Position numbers and translations under genes: made by a program. From the NCBI GenBank assembly GCA_007695365.1, contig REDV01000078.1, positions 43,562-107,561 on the forward strand: 64,000 nucleotides of DNA, written 5' to 3'. The notes beneath the pieces were generated by a model. That model searched no databases, had not been told where the DNA came from, and worked only from the letters and a program-made list of their open reading frames with translations. The stretch's first letter is position 1. Every line of letters begins with the position of its first letter. This document shows, piece after piece, positions 26,742 to 37,208 of this stretch. The stretch comes from Cryomorphaceae bacterium (GTDB lineage Bacteria > Bacteroidota > Bacteroidia > Flavobacteriales_D > SKUL01).

Positions 26742-27218
26742 ATGCGCAGTTTCATCTGGTCGGTTCTGATTGCCGCGATATTGGCCTCCTGCCAACCACC
26801 CGCTGAACACGCTTTTGTGCGCGAACTACCAGCAGAAGGATGGCCCGCAAGGATGCGTGTGGGGGGTGATTTTGAAGTGCGCGATACCCTGAACCCACAC
26901 CACTTCTTTATCACCTTGCGCAACACCAACGACTATCCCTACAGCAATCTCTATTTGTTTGTACATACACATTTTCCCAACGGACGTAAATCGCGCGACA
27001 CCATTGAATGCGTGCTTGCCGACCGCACAGGCAGATGGCTCGGCTCAGGTAACGGCTTTATCGTAGATCAGAAAGTGATTTCCAATAAAATCATGTACAA
27101 CTACCAAAAGCGCTTTCCGCTAGCCGGCACCTACCGCATTGAACTCGAACATGCCATGCGTACAGACACGCTCCGTGAAGTGCTGGATGTGGGAATTCGG
27201 ATTGAAAAAGCCAAATAA
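26742..27218 (+). CDS. gldH: Gliding-motility lipoprotein GldH
   Basis: Lipobox ILASC. ITLRNTNDYPYSNLYLFV and VGIRIEK match recalled GldH signatures. Conserved position between the PSP1 gene and the PBP1A gene. Confidence 0.8.
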   Translation: MRSFIWSVLIAAILASCQPPAEHAFVRELPAEGWPARMRVGGDFEVRDTLNPHHFFITLRNTNDYPYSNLYLFVHTHFPNGRKSRDTIECVLADRTGRWLGSGNGFIVDQKVISNKIMYNYQKRFPLAGTYRIELEHAMRTDTLREVLDVGIRIEKAK

Positions 27219-27320
27219 GGCACGAATCGCCCCGCTCCTGCGTTGATAGTTCGTTGCGGAACTCACCATGGCCTGTGGAAAGCCCGCAAAAGAAAACCAT
27301 TCGCGTAGTGAGCAAAGAAG

Positions 27321-27328
27321 TAGATTTG
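27321..27328 (+). promoter_or_regulatory. -7 box TAGATTTG for the PBP1A gene
   Basis: 38 nt upstream of ATG 27366. Confidence 0.45.
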
Positions 27329-27365
27329 CATACCATCGGTGTTTTCAGTTCATCAACCACAATAC

Positions 27366-29798
27366 ATGACTGCGGAGAAAAAGACGAATGAGAAGAAGCC
27401 ACGGCGCTTCGGAAAGCTGATTGCGCTTTTCTGGCTGGTATTGCTCTCGCCCTTTTTGGGCCTGGCGCTCATGCTCTACCTTGCATCCATTAGTGATTTG
27501 CCGGGTTTTGACGAACTGGAAAACCCCAAAAGCAATCTCGCCACGGTGGTTCTTTCCTCTGACGGGCAGGTGTTGGGCCGCTATTTCCGGGAGAACCGGG
27601 TGAATGCTACCTACGAGGAGCTCTCTCCTATCCTTGTAAAAACCCTTATTGCCACGGAGGACGAACGGTTTTGGGAGCACTCCGGAGTGGATGTGCGGGC
27701 CACAGGTCGCGCCATTGTGTTCATGGGCAAAAAAGGAGGCGCAAGCACCATTACCCAGCAACTCGCAAAAATGCTCTTCCACGACCGCTCGCCCAATATC
27801 GTGAAACGCATTTTTCAGAAATTTCAGGAGTGGATTATTGCTGTTCGCCTTGAGCGTCAATTCACCAAGGAAGAGATCATCACAATGTACCTCAACAAAT
27901 TCGATTGGGTAAACAACGCTGTGGGCATCAAGTCGGCGGCTTCGGTGTATTTCAACAGCAGCCCCGATTCTCTCAACATCGAGCAATCGGCCATGCTCAT
28001 AGGCATGTTTAAAAACCCCCGGATTTTTAACCCCTTGCGCCGTCCTGACTCTACCCTACACCGCCGCAGCGTAGTACTGGGTCAGTTGATGCGCAACGAG
28101 CTCATTAACAAAGCTGAGTACGACTCATTGCGATTGTTGCCCCTCGGGCTCGACTACCAGCGCGTGGATCATACCGAAGGCCCGGCTCCCTATTTTCGCG
28201 AGGTATTGCGCTCTGATTTACGCGAAATGCTTGCCGCAAAAGACGAGCGCGGTGAATTCATTTACCACAAGCCAGATGGTTCCCCTTTCGATTTGTACAG
28301 CGATGGTTTGCGCATTTATACTACCATCGACTCGCGCATGCAGCATTATGCGGAGCAAGCTGTGACAGCCCACCTTGGCGGCCCCAGCAGATTGCAGGAA
28401 GAGTTCTTTTCAGACATTGCCCGTTGGCGAAACCCACCATTTTCCAATGATTTGAACAAAGAGGAAATTGACCAGATCATGCAAACCGCCGTACGGCGAA
28501 CTGAACGTTACAGGGTGCTTATGGGCAAAGAATGCAGTATTTGTCACCGCCGCGTCAACATTGTACGTGAGCCTGTAGATGGTAAAGAACATTTTGTTTG
28601 CCAGGCAGCAGATTGCGGACATTCGTGGCGCGCGGTGCCCGAAGATTCGGTGCCCATCATCTTTGAGAAACCTACTCCCATGCGCGTATTTTCCTGGCGC
28701 GGCGAAATAGACACGCTGATGTCGCCCATGGACAGCATTCGCTACTACAAAAGCTTTTTGCAGGCCGGAATGGTTTCAATAGAGCCCCACACCGGTTTTG
28801 TTAAGGCCTGGGTAGGAGGCATCAACTTCAGGCATTTCATGTACGACCACGTGCGCGTGGGAAAACGTCAGGTGGGCTCTACCTTCAAGCCTTTTGTGTA
28901 TGCCACCGCCATTCGCGAGGGTTACTCACCTTGCCACGAGGTAGTAAAAGCACCGACCACCTTTCACAAAGGCACTTTTGGTTTGATAAAGGACTGGACG
29001 CCCCAGGATTCCGACCGGGAATACGGATTTATGGTATCGCTCAAATGGGGGTTGGCCAACTCGGTAAATACTGTGACCGCCTGGGTGATGAAACAATTCG
29101 GACCAGAAGCAGTCATTCGGCTGGCGCGCGATTTAGGCATTGAAAGCAAGCTTGAGCCTGTACCGTCGTTAGCGCTTGGTGTGGCCGATCTTTCGGTGCT
29201 CGAAATCACTTCGGCCAATGCCACATTTGCCAACAAAGGCGTGCACATCAAACCGATTATCATTACCCGGATAGAAGACATGAACGGCAACGCCATTTAC
29301 GATGTGATGCCCGAAACCAACGAAGCCATGGACGAGAAAACGTCCTACGTGATGCTCAATCTCATGAAGGGTACGATTGATGGCGTGTACAATGAAACCA
29401 GGGGTAGACCTGAAGGAACCGCCATTCGCTTGAGGATGAACGTACCCAACCGGGCGTACGACGACATCCGAAATGTTCCTATTGCCTGTAAAACCGGAAC
29501 CACGCAAAACCAAAGCGACGGTTGGTTTATCGGTTTAACGCCCGATCTTGTAACAGGGGTTTGGGTGGGCGCCGAGGACCGGGCCGTGCGGTTCCGAACC
29601 CTGAAGCTGGGCATGGGAACCAATATGGCACTGCCCATCTGGGGTTACTTCATGAAGTCGGTGTATGCAGACCCGAGCCTGAACATCTCTACCGACGATT
29701 TTGAGCGCCCGCCCGGTGACCTCGGGGTAGAGCTGGACTGCGAGAAGTACAAACAACAGCAGAAAGGCCATTTCGGGGGCGACTCACCCAATTGGTGA
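27366..29798 (+). CDS. mrcA: Bifunctional penicillin-binding protein 1A (GT51 glycosyltransferase + transpeptidase)
   Basis: GT51 motifs EDERFWEHSGVD and GASTITQQLAK. Transpeptidase motifs STFKP (SxxK), SVN and KTGTT. Track start 27339 is GTG and lies only 11 nt after a -7 box, so ATG 27366 is preferred. Confidence 0.92.
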   Translation: MTAEKKTNEKKPRRFGKLIALFWLVLLSPFLGLALMLYLASISDLPGFDELENPKSNLATVVLSSDGQVLGRYFRENRVNATYEELSPILVKTLIATEDERFWEHSGVDVRATGRAIVFMGKKGGASTITQQLAKMLFHDRSPNIVKRIFQKFQEWIIAVRLERQFTKEEIITMYLNKFDWVNNAVGIKSAASVYFNSSPDSLNIEQSAMLIGMFKNPRIFNPLRRPDSTLHRRSVVLGQLMRNELINKAEYDSLRLLPLGLDYQRVDHTEGPAPYFREVLRSDLREMLAAKDERGEFIYHKPDGSPFDLYSDGLRIYTTIDSRMQHYAEQAVTAHLGGPSRLQEEFFSDIARWRNPPFSNDLNKEEIDQIMQTAVRRTERYRVLMGKECSICHRRVNIVREPVDGKEHFVCQAADCGHSWRAVPEDSVPIIFEKPTPMRVFSWRGEIDTLMSPMDSIRYYKSFLQAGMVSIEPHTGFVKAWVGGINFRHFMYDHVRVGKRQVGSTFKPFVYATAIREGYSPCHEVVKAPTTFHKGTFGLIKDWTPQDSDREYGFMVSLKWGLANSVNTVTAWVMKQFGPEAVIRLARDLGIESKLEPVPSLALGVADLSVLEITSANATFANKGVHIKPIIITRIEDMNGNAIYDVMPETNEAMDEKTSYVMLNLMKGTIDGVYNETRGRPEGTAIRLRMNVPNRAYDDIRNVPIACKTGTTQNQSDGWFIGLTPDLVTGVWVGAEDRAVRFRTLKLGMGTNMALPIWGYFMKSVYADPSLNISTDDFERPPGDLGVELDCEKYKQQQKGHFGGDSPNW

Positions 29799-29846
29799 TG
29801 TGGGCACTTTTGGTTAATTTGGCGCTCCATTGAATAATCTGTTTCC

Positions 29847-30542
29847 ATGAACAAGGTGTACAACAATGCGGAAGAAGCCATTGCCGGTATTGAAAGCGGC
29901 ATGACCCTGATGCTCGGCGGATTTGGACTCTGCGGAATTCCAGAAAACTGCATCGCTGCGCTCGTAAAAAAGGGCGTTCGCGATCTGACCTGCATCTCAA
30001 ACAACGCAGGTGTAGATGACTTCGGGCTTGGGCTGCTGCTTCAAAAGCGTCAGATTCGGAAAATGATTTCGTCTTATGTAGGCGAAAACGATGAATTTGA
30101 GCGCCAGATGTTAAGTGGTGAACTGGAGGTTGACCTTATACCACAAGGCTCACTGGCAGAGCGTTGCCGCGCCGGAGGTGCCGGAATTCCCGCCTTTTTT
30201 ACCCCCGCCGGATACGGCACCGAAGTGGCTGAAAGCAAGGAAGTGCGCTACTTTGAAGGCAAACCCCATATTCTTGAGTCGGCGCTCACTGCCGATTTTG
30301 CCATTGTGAAAGCATGGAAAGGAGACCGCTACGGAAATCTTGTGTACAAAGGCACCGCCCGAAATTTTAACCCCCCCATGGCCATGGCCGGTAAAATCAC
30401 CATCGCTGAGGTGGAAGAACTCGTTGAACCAGGGGAACTGGATCCCAATTACATTCACACCCCGGGCATTTTTGTGCAGCGCATCTTCCAGGGGCAGAAC
30501 TACGAAAAGCGCATTGAGCAGCGCACAGTGCGTGCGCGCTAG
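29847..30542 (+). CDS. scoA: 3-oxoacid CoA-transferase subunit A
   Basis: [33 protein letters not shown]. 231 aa. Canonical A-subunit layout. Confidence 0.92.
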   Translation: MNKVYNNAEEAIAGIESGMTLMLGGFGLCGIPENCIAALVKKGVRDLTCISNNAGVDDFGLGLLLQKRQIRKMISSYVGENDEFERQMLSGELEVDLIPQGSLAERCRAGGAGIPAFFTPAGYGTEVAESKEVRYFEGKPHILESALTADFAIVKAWKGDRYGNLVYKGTARNFNPPMAMAGKITIAEVEELVEPGELDPNYIHTPGIFVQRIFQGQNYEKRIEQRTVRAR

Positions 30543-30587
30543 GGCAGCTACAGCCCACATAGGCTAAGAGTGTTCTTACAGAAGGTC

Positions 30588-32363
30588 ATGAGCCAAATTG
30601 AAAAGCGGACCTATCTTTTTCTTGTTCTAGCCATTTGGGTTTATGTGCTCATACGCGCAGCATTGGTGCCCATTGTGCACGATGAAGCAGCAACTTTTCT
30701 CCACTACATCCAGCTCAATCAGTTCATCCCCTACTTTGCAATGTGGGATGCCAACAACCATCTACTAAACACCGCCTTTGGCCATTTTTTTGTAAACCTG
30801 TTTTCTGATCACACTTTTTGGCTGCGTCTACCTAACGCTCTGACGTTTCTGATTTTTGCCTACTACCTGCAACGCATTTGTGCTGAAATTCCGCAGACCT
30901 TACTTCGTTGGCTCACGCTCATTGCGTTGCTCACTGCCACCTTTCAGCTCGACTTCTTCTCGCAGGCCCGCGGCTATGGCATGGGAACGGCATTCTTGAT
31001 TGCAGCGATATACAGCGCCTCCAGATATGTAAAAACCCCCACTGTAATGCAGCAATTGAAAGTGTGGTTTTTCATGACACTGGCACTTCTGGCCAACATG
31101 AGTTTGTTGAACACGCAAATTGCATTGATGGGGATTTTTGCCTTCGTACTTCTCTCCAGGCAACAAAAACACTTGCCAAAACACGGCTTGCTATTACTTG
31201 CAATTGGTGGAGGTGTTTTGTTGATTGCATCGTTATACGCACTAAAGATGCGGGCCATGGGACTACTCTACACCGGCTCACTGGACGGCTTTGTTCAGGT
31301 TACTGTGTTTTCATTTGCCCGCTTTCAATTTGATGCAGCAAGCATGCTCTTGGCCTGGTTGATTTTTGCTTTCGGGCTTGTGGTTTGCCTCACGCTGGTG
31401 CTTCGGTGGGTTCAAAATCGGTTGGTCTGGAATATGGGCGGCATCATTGGCGGATTGCTCGTTTTGAATGCTCTTGGTTCGGTGTTGCTCGAGATGCTGC
31501 TGAACGTAAACTACCCTGAGGAGCGCACAGGCCTTTATTTTTTAACGCTCACCCTGCTTGCAACAGGGTTCGCCGCCAGCGAGGGAATGCGCTGGAACCG
31601 TAGGTTTGCATTATTGGGGCTTCCGTTGATTTATTTTCCGTTGCAGTTTCTGCTCACATTGAATTTCTGCACAAGTCAGCTTTGGTTTGACCAGCACATA
31701 GACCGGCAGATATACAGCGTTGTGTTAAAGGAGCAATCCGCGCAAGACACTCCCTTGCGAATAAGCGGTGGTAGAATTCACGAGTTGTCCTGGGCACACT
31801 TGAATATCATCAACAAAAGCCAACTACCCCTGCTGGAGACCAAACACCACCCTGACCCGGGTGCCGATCTGGTGCTCATTCATCAATCTTCAAATGAGCC
31901 CATTGATTTTGAATACACCATTCTGTTCACCAGTCCATGCACCGGTTTTTCACTCATTAAACCCAAACGAACTCAGGCATTCGAAACCCTGCCCGACACT
32001 CTTTCACTTGCGGCAAAAGCTTTGGGAAACCCGACCTACTTCAATCTGGCCGAATGGAAAGTTGATTCAATTGCTGGTGAATGCGGCCTTCTCAACTTTG
32101 GACTGTCCGCAAACTCTATGGGAAATCCCATGCATGTGCAGATTGTAATCAAAGCAGAAAATGCTGAAGGAAAGAAACTAAGCTATGAAATCATTCCACT
32201 TTACTGGGTTCGGAAGCACTGGAAGGACGACGAACTACTCGTTCACCGCTATTACCGGTTTCCACCCGGAGCTACCCGCGCAATTGTATATTTGTGGAAT
32301 ATCGGTGAAAACGAGTTTGAAGTTGAACACTCGGCAGTAACCCGCAAACTTTGTATGGACTAG
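30588..32363 (+). CDS. Polytopic membrane protein with ~220-aa C-terminal soluble domain; GT-C (ArnT/PMT, GT39/GT83)-like glycosyltransferase suspected
   Basis: About 10 hydrophobic helices in the first ~370 aa. The first-loop motif PIVHDEAATFLHY resembles the DE/DEx loop-1 motif of GT-C enzymes. Track start 30570 is GTG; ATG 30588 gives MSQIEKRTY. Confidence 0.5.
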   Translation: MSQIEKRTYLFLVLAIWVYVLIRAALVPIVHDEAATFLHYIQLNQFIPYFAMWDANNHLLNTAFGHFFVNLFSDHTFWLRLPNALTFLIFAYYLQRICAEIPQTLLRWLTLIALLTATFQLDFFSQARGYGMGTAFLIAAIYSASRYVKTPTVMQQLKVWFFMTLALLANMSLLNTQIALMGIFAFVLLSRQQKHLPKHGLLLLAIGGGVLLIASLYALKMRAMGLLYTGSLDGFVQVTVFSFARFQFDAASMLLAWLIFAFGLVVCLTLVLRWVQNRLVWNMGGIIGGLLVLNALGSVLLEMLLNVNYPEERTGLYFLTLTLLATGFAASEGMRWNRRFALLGLPLIYFPLQFLLTLNFCTSQLWFDQHIDRQIYSVVLKEQSAQDTPLRISGGRIHELSWAHLNIINKSQLPLLETKHHPDPGADLVLIHQSSNEPIDFEYTILFTSPCTGFSLIKPKRTQAFETLPDTLSLAAKALGNPTYFNLAEWKVDSIAGECGLLNFGLSANSMGNPMHVQIVIKAENAEGKKLSYEIIPLYWVRKHWKDDELLVHRYYRFPPGATRAIVYLWNIGENEFEVEHSAVTRKLCMD

Positions 32364-32389
32364 CGCCTTAATCTCACATTCACAAAACC

Positions 32390-33049
32390 ATGGCACTCGA
32401 CAAGCACGGCATCGCAAAACGCATTGCACAGGAATTGAAAGACGGTTGGTATGTAAACCTCGGAATTGGTATTCCTACCCTGGTTGCCAACCATGTACCC
32501 GACGGAATGTATGTGGAGTTTCAATCTGAAAACGGTATTCTGGGCATGGGCCCCTTTCCTTACGAAGGCGAGGAAGATGCCGACATGATTAACGCCGGCA
32601 AGCAAACGGTAACCTTATTGCCCGGTGCCTGCCTGTTCGATTCATCTACCAGCTTTGCAATGATCCGCGGGCAGCACGTACAACTTACGGTATTGGGTGC
32701 TATGGAGGTAGCCGACAACGGCGACATTGCGAACTGGAAAATTCCGGGCAAAATGGTGAAGGGAATGGGTGGTGCCATGGATTTGGTAGCCTCTGCCGAG
32801 AACATCATCGTGGCCATGATGCACACCAACCGGGCCGGTGAATCCAAGCTGCTGCGCCAATGTACACTACCACTTACCGGTGTGGGCTGCGTGAAAAAAG
32901 TGGTGACCGATCTTGCCGTGCTGGACGTAACCGAAAAGGGCTTTCTGCTGGTTGAACGGGCTCCTGATGTAAGCGTGGAAGAAATCAAAGCTGCTACCGA
33001 GGGACGCCTCATTGTTCCCGACCATGTGCCGGAAATGCAGATTGACTGA
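32390..33049 (+). CDS. scoB: 3-oxoacid CoA-transferase subunit B
   Basis: [35 protein letters not shown] and GMGGAMDLV. 219 aa. Confidence 0.92.
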   Translation: MALDKHGIAKRIAQELKDGWYVNLGIGIPTLVANHVPDGMYVEFQSENGILGMGPFPYEGEEDADMINAGKQTVTLLPGACLFDSSTSFAMIRGQHVQLTVLGAMEVADNGDIANWKIPGKMVKGMGGAMDLVASAENIIVAMMHTNRAGESKLLRQCTLPLTGVGCVKKVVTDLAVLDVTEKGFLLVERAPDVSVEEIKAATEGRLIVPDHVPEMQID

Positions 33050-33054
33050 TTTTC

Positions 33055-34782
33055 TCAGAAACGAACCACCTTTTGTGTGGTGGATGGGTCTCCGTCCACT
33101 GTAAACAAGTACGTTCCCGGAATCAAGTCATCCAACTGAATAAAGGTAGTGTGCAGGTTCAGGCGGCCTTCTTTCACCAGTCGCCCGAAGATGTCTCGCA
33201 ATTGATAATCACTGTAATCACCTGCTCCGAAATGGAAAACTCCCAGAGCACCATTGGTGGGGTTGGGATACAAGCGAAAGCCGTGTGATTCTCTTCTCTC
33301 CACGGAGGCTGCCTGCTCACAAAGCTCGGCGATAAAACCATCCAGGTAGGCCACCCGTTCCTCCAGCCAGGCACGTGTGTATTGAAGTACATCGGGATTA
33401 TAGCTGTACTCAGGCCAGGCCATTTCCTCGCGATGATATACACCATTGGAATACAAGCTGTTGTGGTGGCGCTGCAACCTGGTCATCATTGAGTCTGTAT
33501 GAAATACCCCTTCACGCAAGGCAAACCAGCGCTCCTGAACCAGTGATGCGAACTCGTGTTCCTCACAGGCATCCAGAAAACGGTCGTACAGGCCATTCGT
33601 CAAAATGTCTTCGGTCTCTTCTAAAACAGTTCCATCGTAATTGTAACCCAATACAGCATCGAGGTCCCACGGCACATAAAAGTACGGGGCTCCCTGCTGA
33701 GTACGTGCAACAAAGATGTTTTTACCGGTATTGTCTTCCGCTCGAAGAAAGTTCAGGAACAGAAAGTAATCCACCGCATTACCCGTGTGAAAGTTGCTGT
33801 TGATTTCATAGGTAAACAGGCTGTCTTCTGTCTGCATCACGAAGGCCTTCATGTCGAAGAAGTCTGACCAATCTGTGTGTTCTTCTTCGCGGGGATACTT
33901 TTTCTGGTATCCATCAAACCAGCGGCTTTGGTTGTTGTAAAAGGGCAAAAATCTGAACGACACCGTACCAGAGCCCCATTCTTTGGCTTTGTGAAGCTCA
34001 CCATAAGCGTCACTGCCTCCCTCCCAATGATTGATTTTGAGCTGTTTTCTGTCTATTCGTTCAGTAAGCAGATACACTCCCATGTAGCTGCCATTTCGGA
34101 AGATTTCCACATGTCTGCCCCGGGACCCCGGCAGTGCATCGGGCTGCTGAGCCGCATAATGAGGGGTGTGAACTTCACCCCACAGTTCGTGGCACGACCG
34201 ATTTCGGATGCGCAGCGGTTCATTATACTGTGCCAGAAGAATCCAATCGTCGTCACTGCGCAAATCAAGCAGTTTGATGTTTCGGGTTTTGCTGCCTTCA
34301 GGGTCGAGCCAAAATTCCAGCCGCATAGATTTCTTGGGGAAAATCAGAGAAAAAGCCCCGCGGTAATTGAGGCCGGCGTTGGAATTCACCTCGTTGCCAT
34401 TGGTTTCGGTCATTCGGAAACGGGCCGGGCGGCGCTCGTCAATATCCATTTCTGCTTCCATGTCGATATGAATCAGCGGAAGCTCTGTGAAGTAAAACAC
34501 ATATTGCTTTCCGCCACGATTCACTGTGTAAGGGTAACCTACCAAAAGTGTATCGGGCGGAATGGTAAACTGATATTCTGAGTCATCGAGCAACAACACA
34601 TTCACACCTTCGCTGTGTATCAGATTCAACAGGTAGGTGTCCTGATTGCTCACAATCAGGCCGCGTTCGTGATCTATTCCATACCAATTGCTACCCAATT
34701 GCAGGGTCTGCGCCATTATTTGCCCGCAAAACACGGCCAAAAGCACAGCCATGCCATGGCGGAGCAAATAGGTTTTCTTCAT
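33055..34782 (-). CDS. CotH-family (atypical kinase fold) secreted protein with T9SS type A C-terminal sorting domain
   Basis: Signal peptide MKKTYLLRHGMAVLLAVFCGQIMAQ starts at ATG 34782; the track start 34800 is GTG. CotH-like core (LRSDDDWILLAQYNEPLRIRN...). C-terminal FRLYPNPTNGALGV...GTYLFTVDG...KVVRF is a type A CTD. Confidence 0.75.
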   Translation of the reverse strand: MKKTYLLRHGMAVLLAVFCGQIMAQTLQLGSNWYGIDHERGLIVSNQDTYLLNLIHSEGVNVLLLDDSEYQFTIPPDTLLVGYPYTVNRGGKQYVFYFTELPLIHIDMEAEMDIDERRPARFRMTETNGNEVNSNAGLNYRGAFSLIFPKKSMRLEFWLDPEGSKTRNIKLLDLRSDDDWILLAQYNEPLRIRNRSCHELWGEVHTPHYAAQQPDALPGSRGRHVEIFRNGSYMGVYLLTERIDRKQLKINHWEGGSDAYGELHKAKEWGSGTVSFRFLPFYNNQSRWFDGYQKKYPREEEHTDWSDFFDMKAFVMQTEDSLFTYEINSNFHTGNAVDYFLFLNFLRAEDNTGKNIFVARTQQGAPYFYVPWDLDAVLGYNYDGTVLEETEDILTNGLYDRFLDACEEHEFASLVQERWFALREGVFHTDSMMTRLQRHHNSLYSNGVYHREEMAWPEYSYNPDVLQYTRAWLEERVAYLDGFIAELCEQAASVERRESHGFRLYPNPTNGALGVFHFGAGDYSDYQLRDIFGRLVKEGRLNLHTTFIQLDDLIPGTYLFTVDGDPSTTQKVVRF

Positions 34783-34813
34783 AGGGGCTGTTTCTGACAC
34801 GGAACTGGTTATA

Positions 34814-34840
34814 CCAAAACCGTACCCATCGGGTTACGGC
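34814..34840 (-). terminator. Rho-independent terminator at the end of the 41220-34875 gene string
   Basis: On the minus strand: CCGTAACCC-GAT-GGGTACGG (8 bp with one bulge) followed by TTTTGG. The plus-strand side also carries CTGTTTTT. Confidence 0.5.
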
Positions 34841-34874
34841 CTGTTTTTCGGGGCGCAAAGGTACAAAACCTGGC

Positions 34875-36623
34875 TTAGCGCTCAACAGCAGGGTTGGATG
34901 CCGGAATGGCTTCAATCAACTGCCGGGTGTATTCGCTTTGCGGATTGCGGTAAATCTCGTCGGCGTTGCCCATTTCCTCTATGCGACCCTGGTTCATCAC
35001 CACCATTCGGTCGCTCATGAATTTTACCACAGAGAGATCGTGAGAGATAAAGATGTAGGTGAAGTTGAACTCCTTCTTCAGGTCGTTGAGCAGGTTGAGA
35101 ACCTGTGCCTGCACAGACACGTCGAGGGCTGAAACCGATTCATCGCAGATAATAAACTCCGGATTGAGGGTGAGCGTTCGCGCAATCACCACGCGCTGCC
35201 GCTGACCTCCCGAAAACTCGTGTGGATAGCGGTTATAGTGAGCAGATTGAAGCCCCACTTTTTCGAGAAGCTCCATGACCTTTTCCCGTCGTTGGCGGTT
35301 GTTGGCCCCGATTCCGTGCACCTGCATGGGCTCCATCAAGGCCTGGCCTACCGTTAGCCTGGGGTTGAGCGAGGAATACGGATCCTGAAAAATGATTTGC
35401 AGATTTTTGCGCAAGGGCCTCATTTCGGCCGCGCTGAAAGAGGTGATATCTCTGCCGCGATACAGGATCTGCCCTCCGGTAGGCTCGGTCAGTTTCAGGA
35501 TGGTTCGGCCAAGGGTGGTTTTTCCACATCCCGATTCACCTACAAGGCCGAGGGTTTCGCCGGGATAGACTGAAAACGTCACATCGTCAACCGCTTTCAC
35601 GTGATCAATAGTGCGCTTAAACAAGCCTTTGCGAACCGGAAACCACTTTTGCAGATTGCGAATCTCCAACATGGGTTCCTGCGCGTAGAGCTTTTGGTGG
35701 TGTGCGCTGATCTCCTCAACAGTGTAGGCCAGTTGTGCCTGTGCCACTTCTACCGATTTTTTCTCCTCTGCATCCACAAAATCGGCAATCACCGGTAGGC
35801 GCTTAAGGCGGCGGTCGAGCGGCGGCCGACAAGCGAGCAGTCCCCTGGTGTAGGGGTGTTGTGGGTGGAAGAAAATGCTTTGGGTCGGGCCTTCTTCCAC
35901 TACTTTGCCGCGGTACATCACCACCACGCGGTCGGCAATTTCGGCCACCACGCCAAGGTCGTGTGTAATGAAAATCACCCCCATACCGCGATCCTTCTGC
36001 AGATTGCGCAACAACTCAAGGATGGTTTTTTGCACGGTTACATCCAGGGCGGTGGTGGGTTCATCAGCAATAAGCACCGAAGGCTCGCAGCTCAGCGCCA
36101 TGGCAATCATCACGCGTTGCTTCTGGCCCCCGCTGAGTTGATGTGGATAGGAATCGTACATGGCTTCAGGCCGGGGTAGTTTTACTTCTTTGAACAGGGC
36201 AATGGTTTTTTCGCGGGCTTCGCTTACGGAGCATTTCTGGTGTACCACGATGGCCTCGGCCACCTGCTTGCCGCATTTCATCACCGGATTGAGAGACGTC
36301 ATGGGCTCCTGAAAAATCATCGCAATGTCATTACCCCGGTAGGTACGCATTTCCCTTTCGGGCAGTGAGAGCAAATCAACTTCCCCGCCGCGGCCCGTGT
36401 ATGTTATTTTACCGCCGGCAATTTTCCCGGGAGGGTCGGCAATGAGCCTCATCACAGATAGACTGGTCACACTTTTTCCTGATCCTGACTCTCCCACCAC
36501 ACCCACAATCTCACCGCGGTGCAGCACGATGCTGACATCATCGACAGCGCGCACAGTGCCTTCCTCAGAGCGAAAAGTAACCAACAGGTTCTCAATATGA
36601 AGCAAGGGTCGGGCTTCGCTCAT
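34875..36623 (-). CDS. ABC-transporter ATP-binding protein with two fused nucleotide-binding domains (Dpp/Opp D-F type)
   Basis: Walker A GESGSGKS and GESGCGKT. Signature motifs LSGGQKQR and FSGGQRQR. The ATG at 36621-36623 shares one nt with the upstream TGA (TGATG). No permease gene lies nearby. Confidence 0.9.
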   Translation of the reverse strand: MSEARPLLHIENLLVTFRSEEGTVRAVDDVSIVLHRGEIVGVVGESGSGKSVTSLSVMRLIADPPGKIAGGKITYTGRGGEVDLLSLPEREMRTYRGNDIAMIFQEPMTSLNPVMKCGKQVAEAIVVHQKCSVSEAREKTIALFKEVKLPRPEAMYDSYPHQLSGGQKQRVMIAMALSCEPSVLIADEPTTALDVTVQKTILELLRNLQKDRGMGVIFITHDLGVVAEIADRVVVMYRGKVVEEGPTQSIFFHPQHPYTRGLLACRPPLDRRLKRLPVIADFVDAEEKKSVEVAQAQLAYTVEEISAHHQKLYAQEPMLEIRNLQKWFPVRKGLFKRTIDHVKAVDDVTFSVYPGETLGLVGESGCGKTTLGRTILKLTEPTGGQILYRGRDITSFSAAEMRPLRKNLQIIFQDPYSSLNPRLTVGQALMEPMQVHGIGANNRQRREKVMELLEKVGLQSAHYNRYPHEFSGGQRQRVVIARTLTLNPEFIICDESVSALDVSVQAQVLNLLNDLKKEFNFTYIFISHDLSVVKFMSDRMVVMNQGRIEEMGNADEIYRNPQSEYTRQLIEAIPASNPAVER

Positions 36624-37162
36624 CAATGCTTAAATTGATAGGGTTGATCAATAAAAAGCCACAGGCAGGGCCGGCCACATTCACGGCTGCGCAGTTCAAG
36701 GGTGGCCTCGATATTTCGGCGGTTCTCCGTCCACTCCCAAAAGGCAAAGCGATCGCGCGATACAGGTTCGCCCAACCGCTTTTGTAATTCCTGTTTCAGC
36801 TCGACGAACCATTCGGTGGCTTCCTCATCACTGTTGAGGTACACATCAACCATGATTTCAGTAAGTTCATGGTGGGTAAAAAAGTATCGGACGTCAAAAT
36901 AGGCGCTATCAGTAGAGGAAAAGGGAATGGAATACATCAGCTCATCGTGGTTGCGCCTGAACAGAAAATCCCTGTCGCGTTCCAGCACTTTGCGGTATCC
37001 GTCGCCAATGGTATGCGTTCTGAAATGCCCTGCCTTACCGAGCATGGTTAGCGCGGGGTGATGCACCATGGGGGCCTCGGCTGTTCGGGTTTCAGTTTCT
37101 CCCGAGCAGGACAAAAGCAGCAAAAAAAAGAGCACTAACAAAGGATGCGGTTGGATGGGCAT
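36623..37162 (-). CDS. Hypothetical lipoprotein (179 aa)
   Basis: ATG 37162 gives [21 protein letters not shown], a signal peptide with a lipobox. The track start 37237 is TTG and would overlap the upstream gene. No family recognised. Confidence 0.6.
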   Translation of the reverse strand: MPIQPHPLLVLFFLLLLSCSGETETRTAEAPMVHHPALTMLGKAGHFRTHTIGDGYRKVLERDRDFLFRRNHDELMYSIPFSSTDSAYFDVRYFFTHHELTEIMVDVYLNSDEEATEWFVELKQELQKRLGEPVSRDRFAFWEWTENRRNIEATLELRSRECGRPCLWLFIDQPYQFKH

Positions 37163-37208
37163 GGCAGTTTGAGCAGCGGGGTTAAAGGTAGGAAAGCCCA
37201 TGTAGCCC

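Noticed and set aside
30570-32363. Gene between scoA and scoB as a mobile-element insertion
   Set aside because: I could see no flanking direct or inverted repeats, no recombinase and no tRNA target. The tight same-strand spacing looks like an integrated operon member. It is kept as a synteny curiosity only.
34856-34863. CAAAGGTA (minus-strand TACCTTTG) box as the promoter of the CotH-like gene
   Set aside because: It lies upstream of the terminator hairpin (34814-34840) that closes the preceding gene string, so transcripts from it would meet the terminator first. It may be a chance match or part of an attenuator, and I did not call it.
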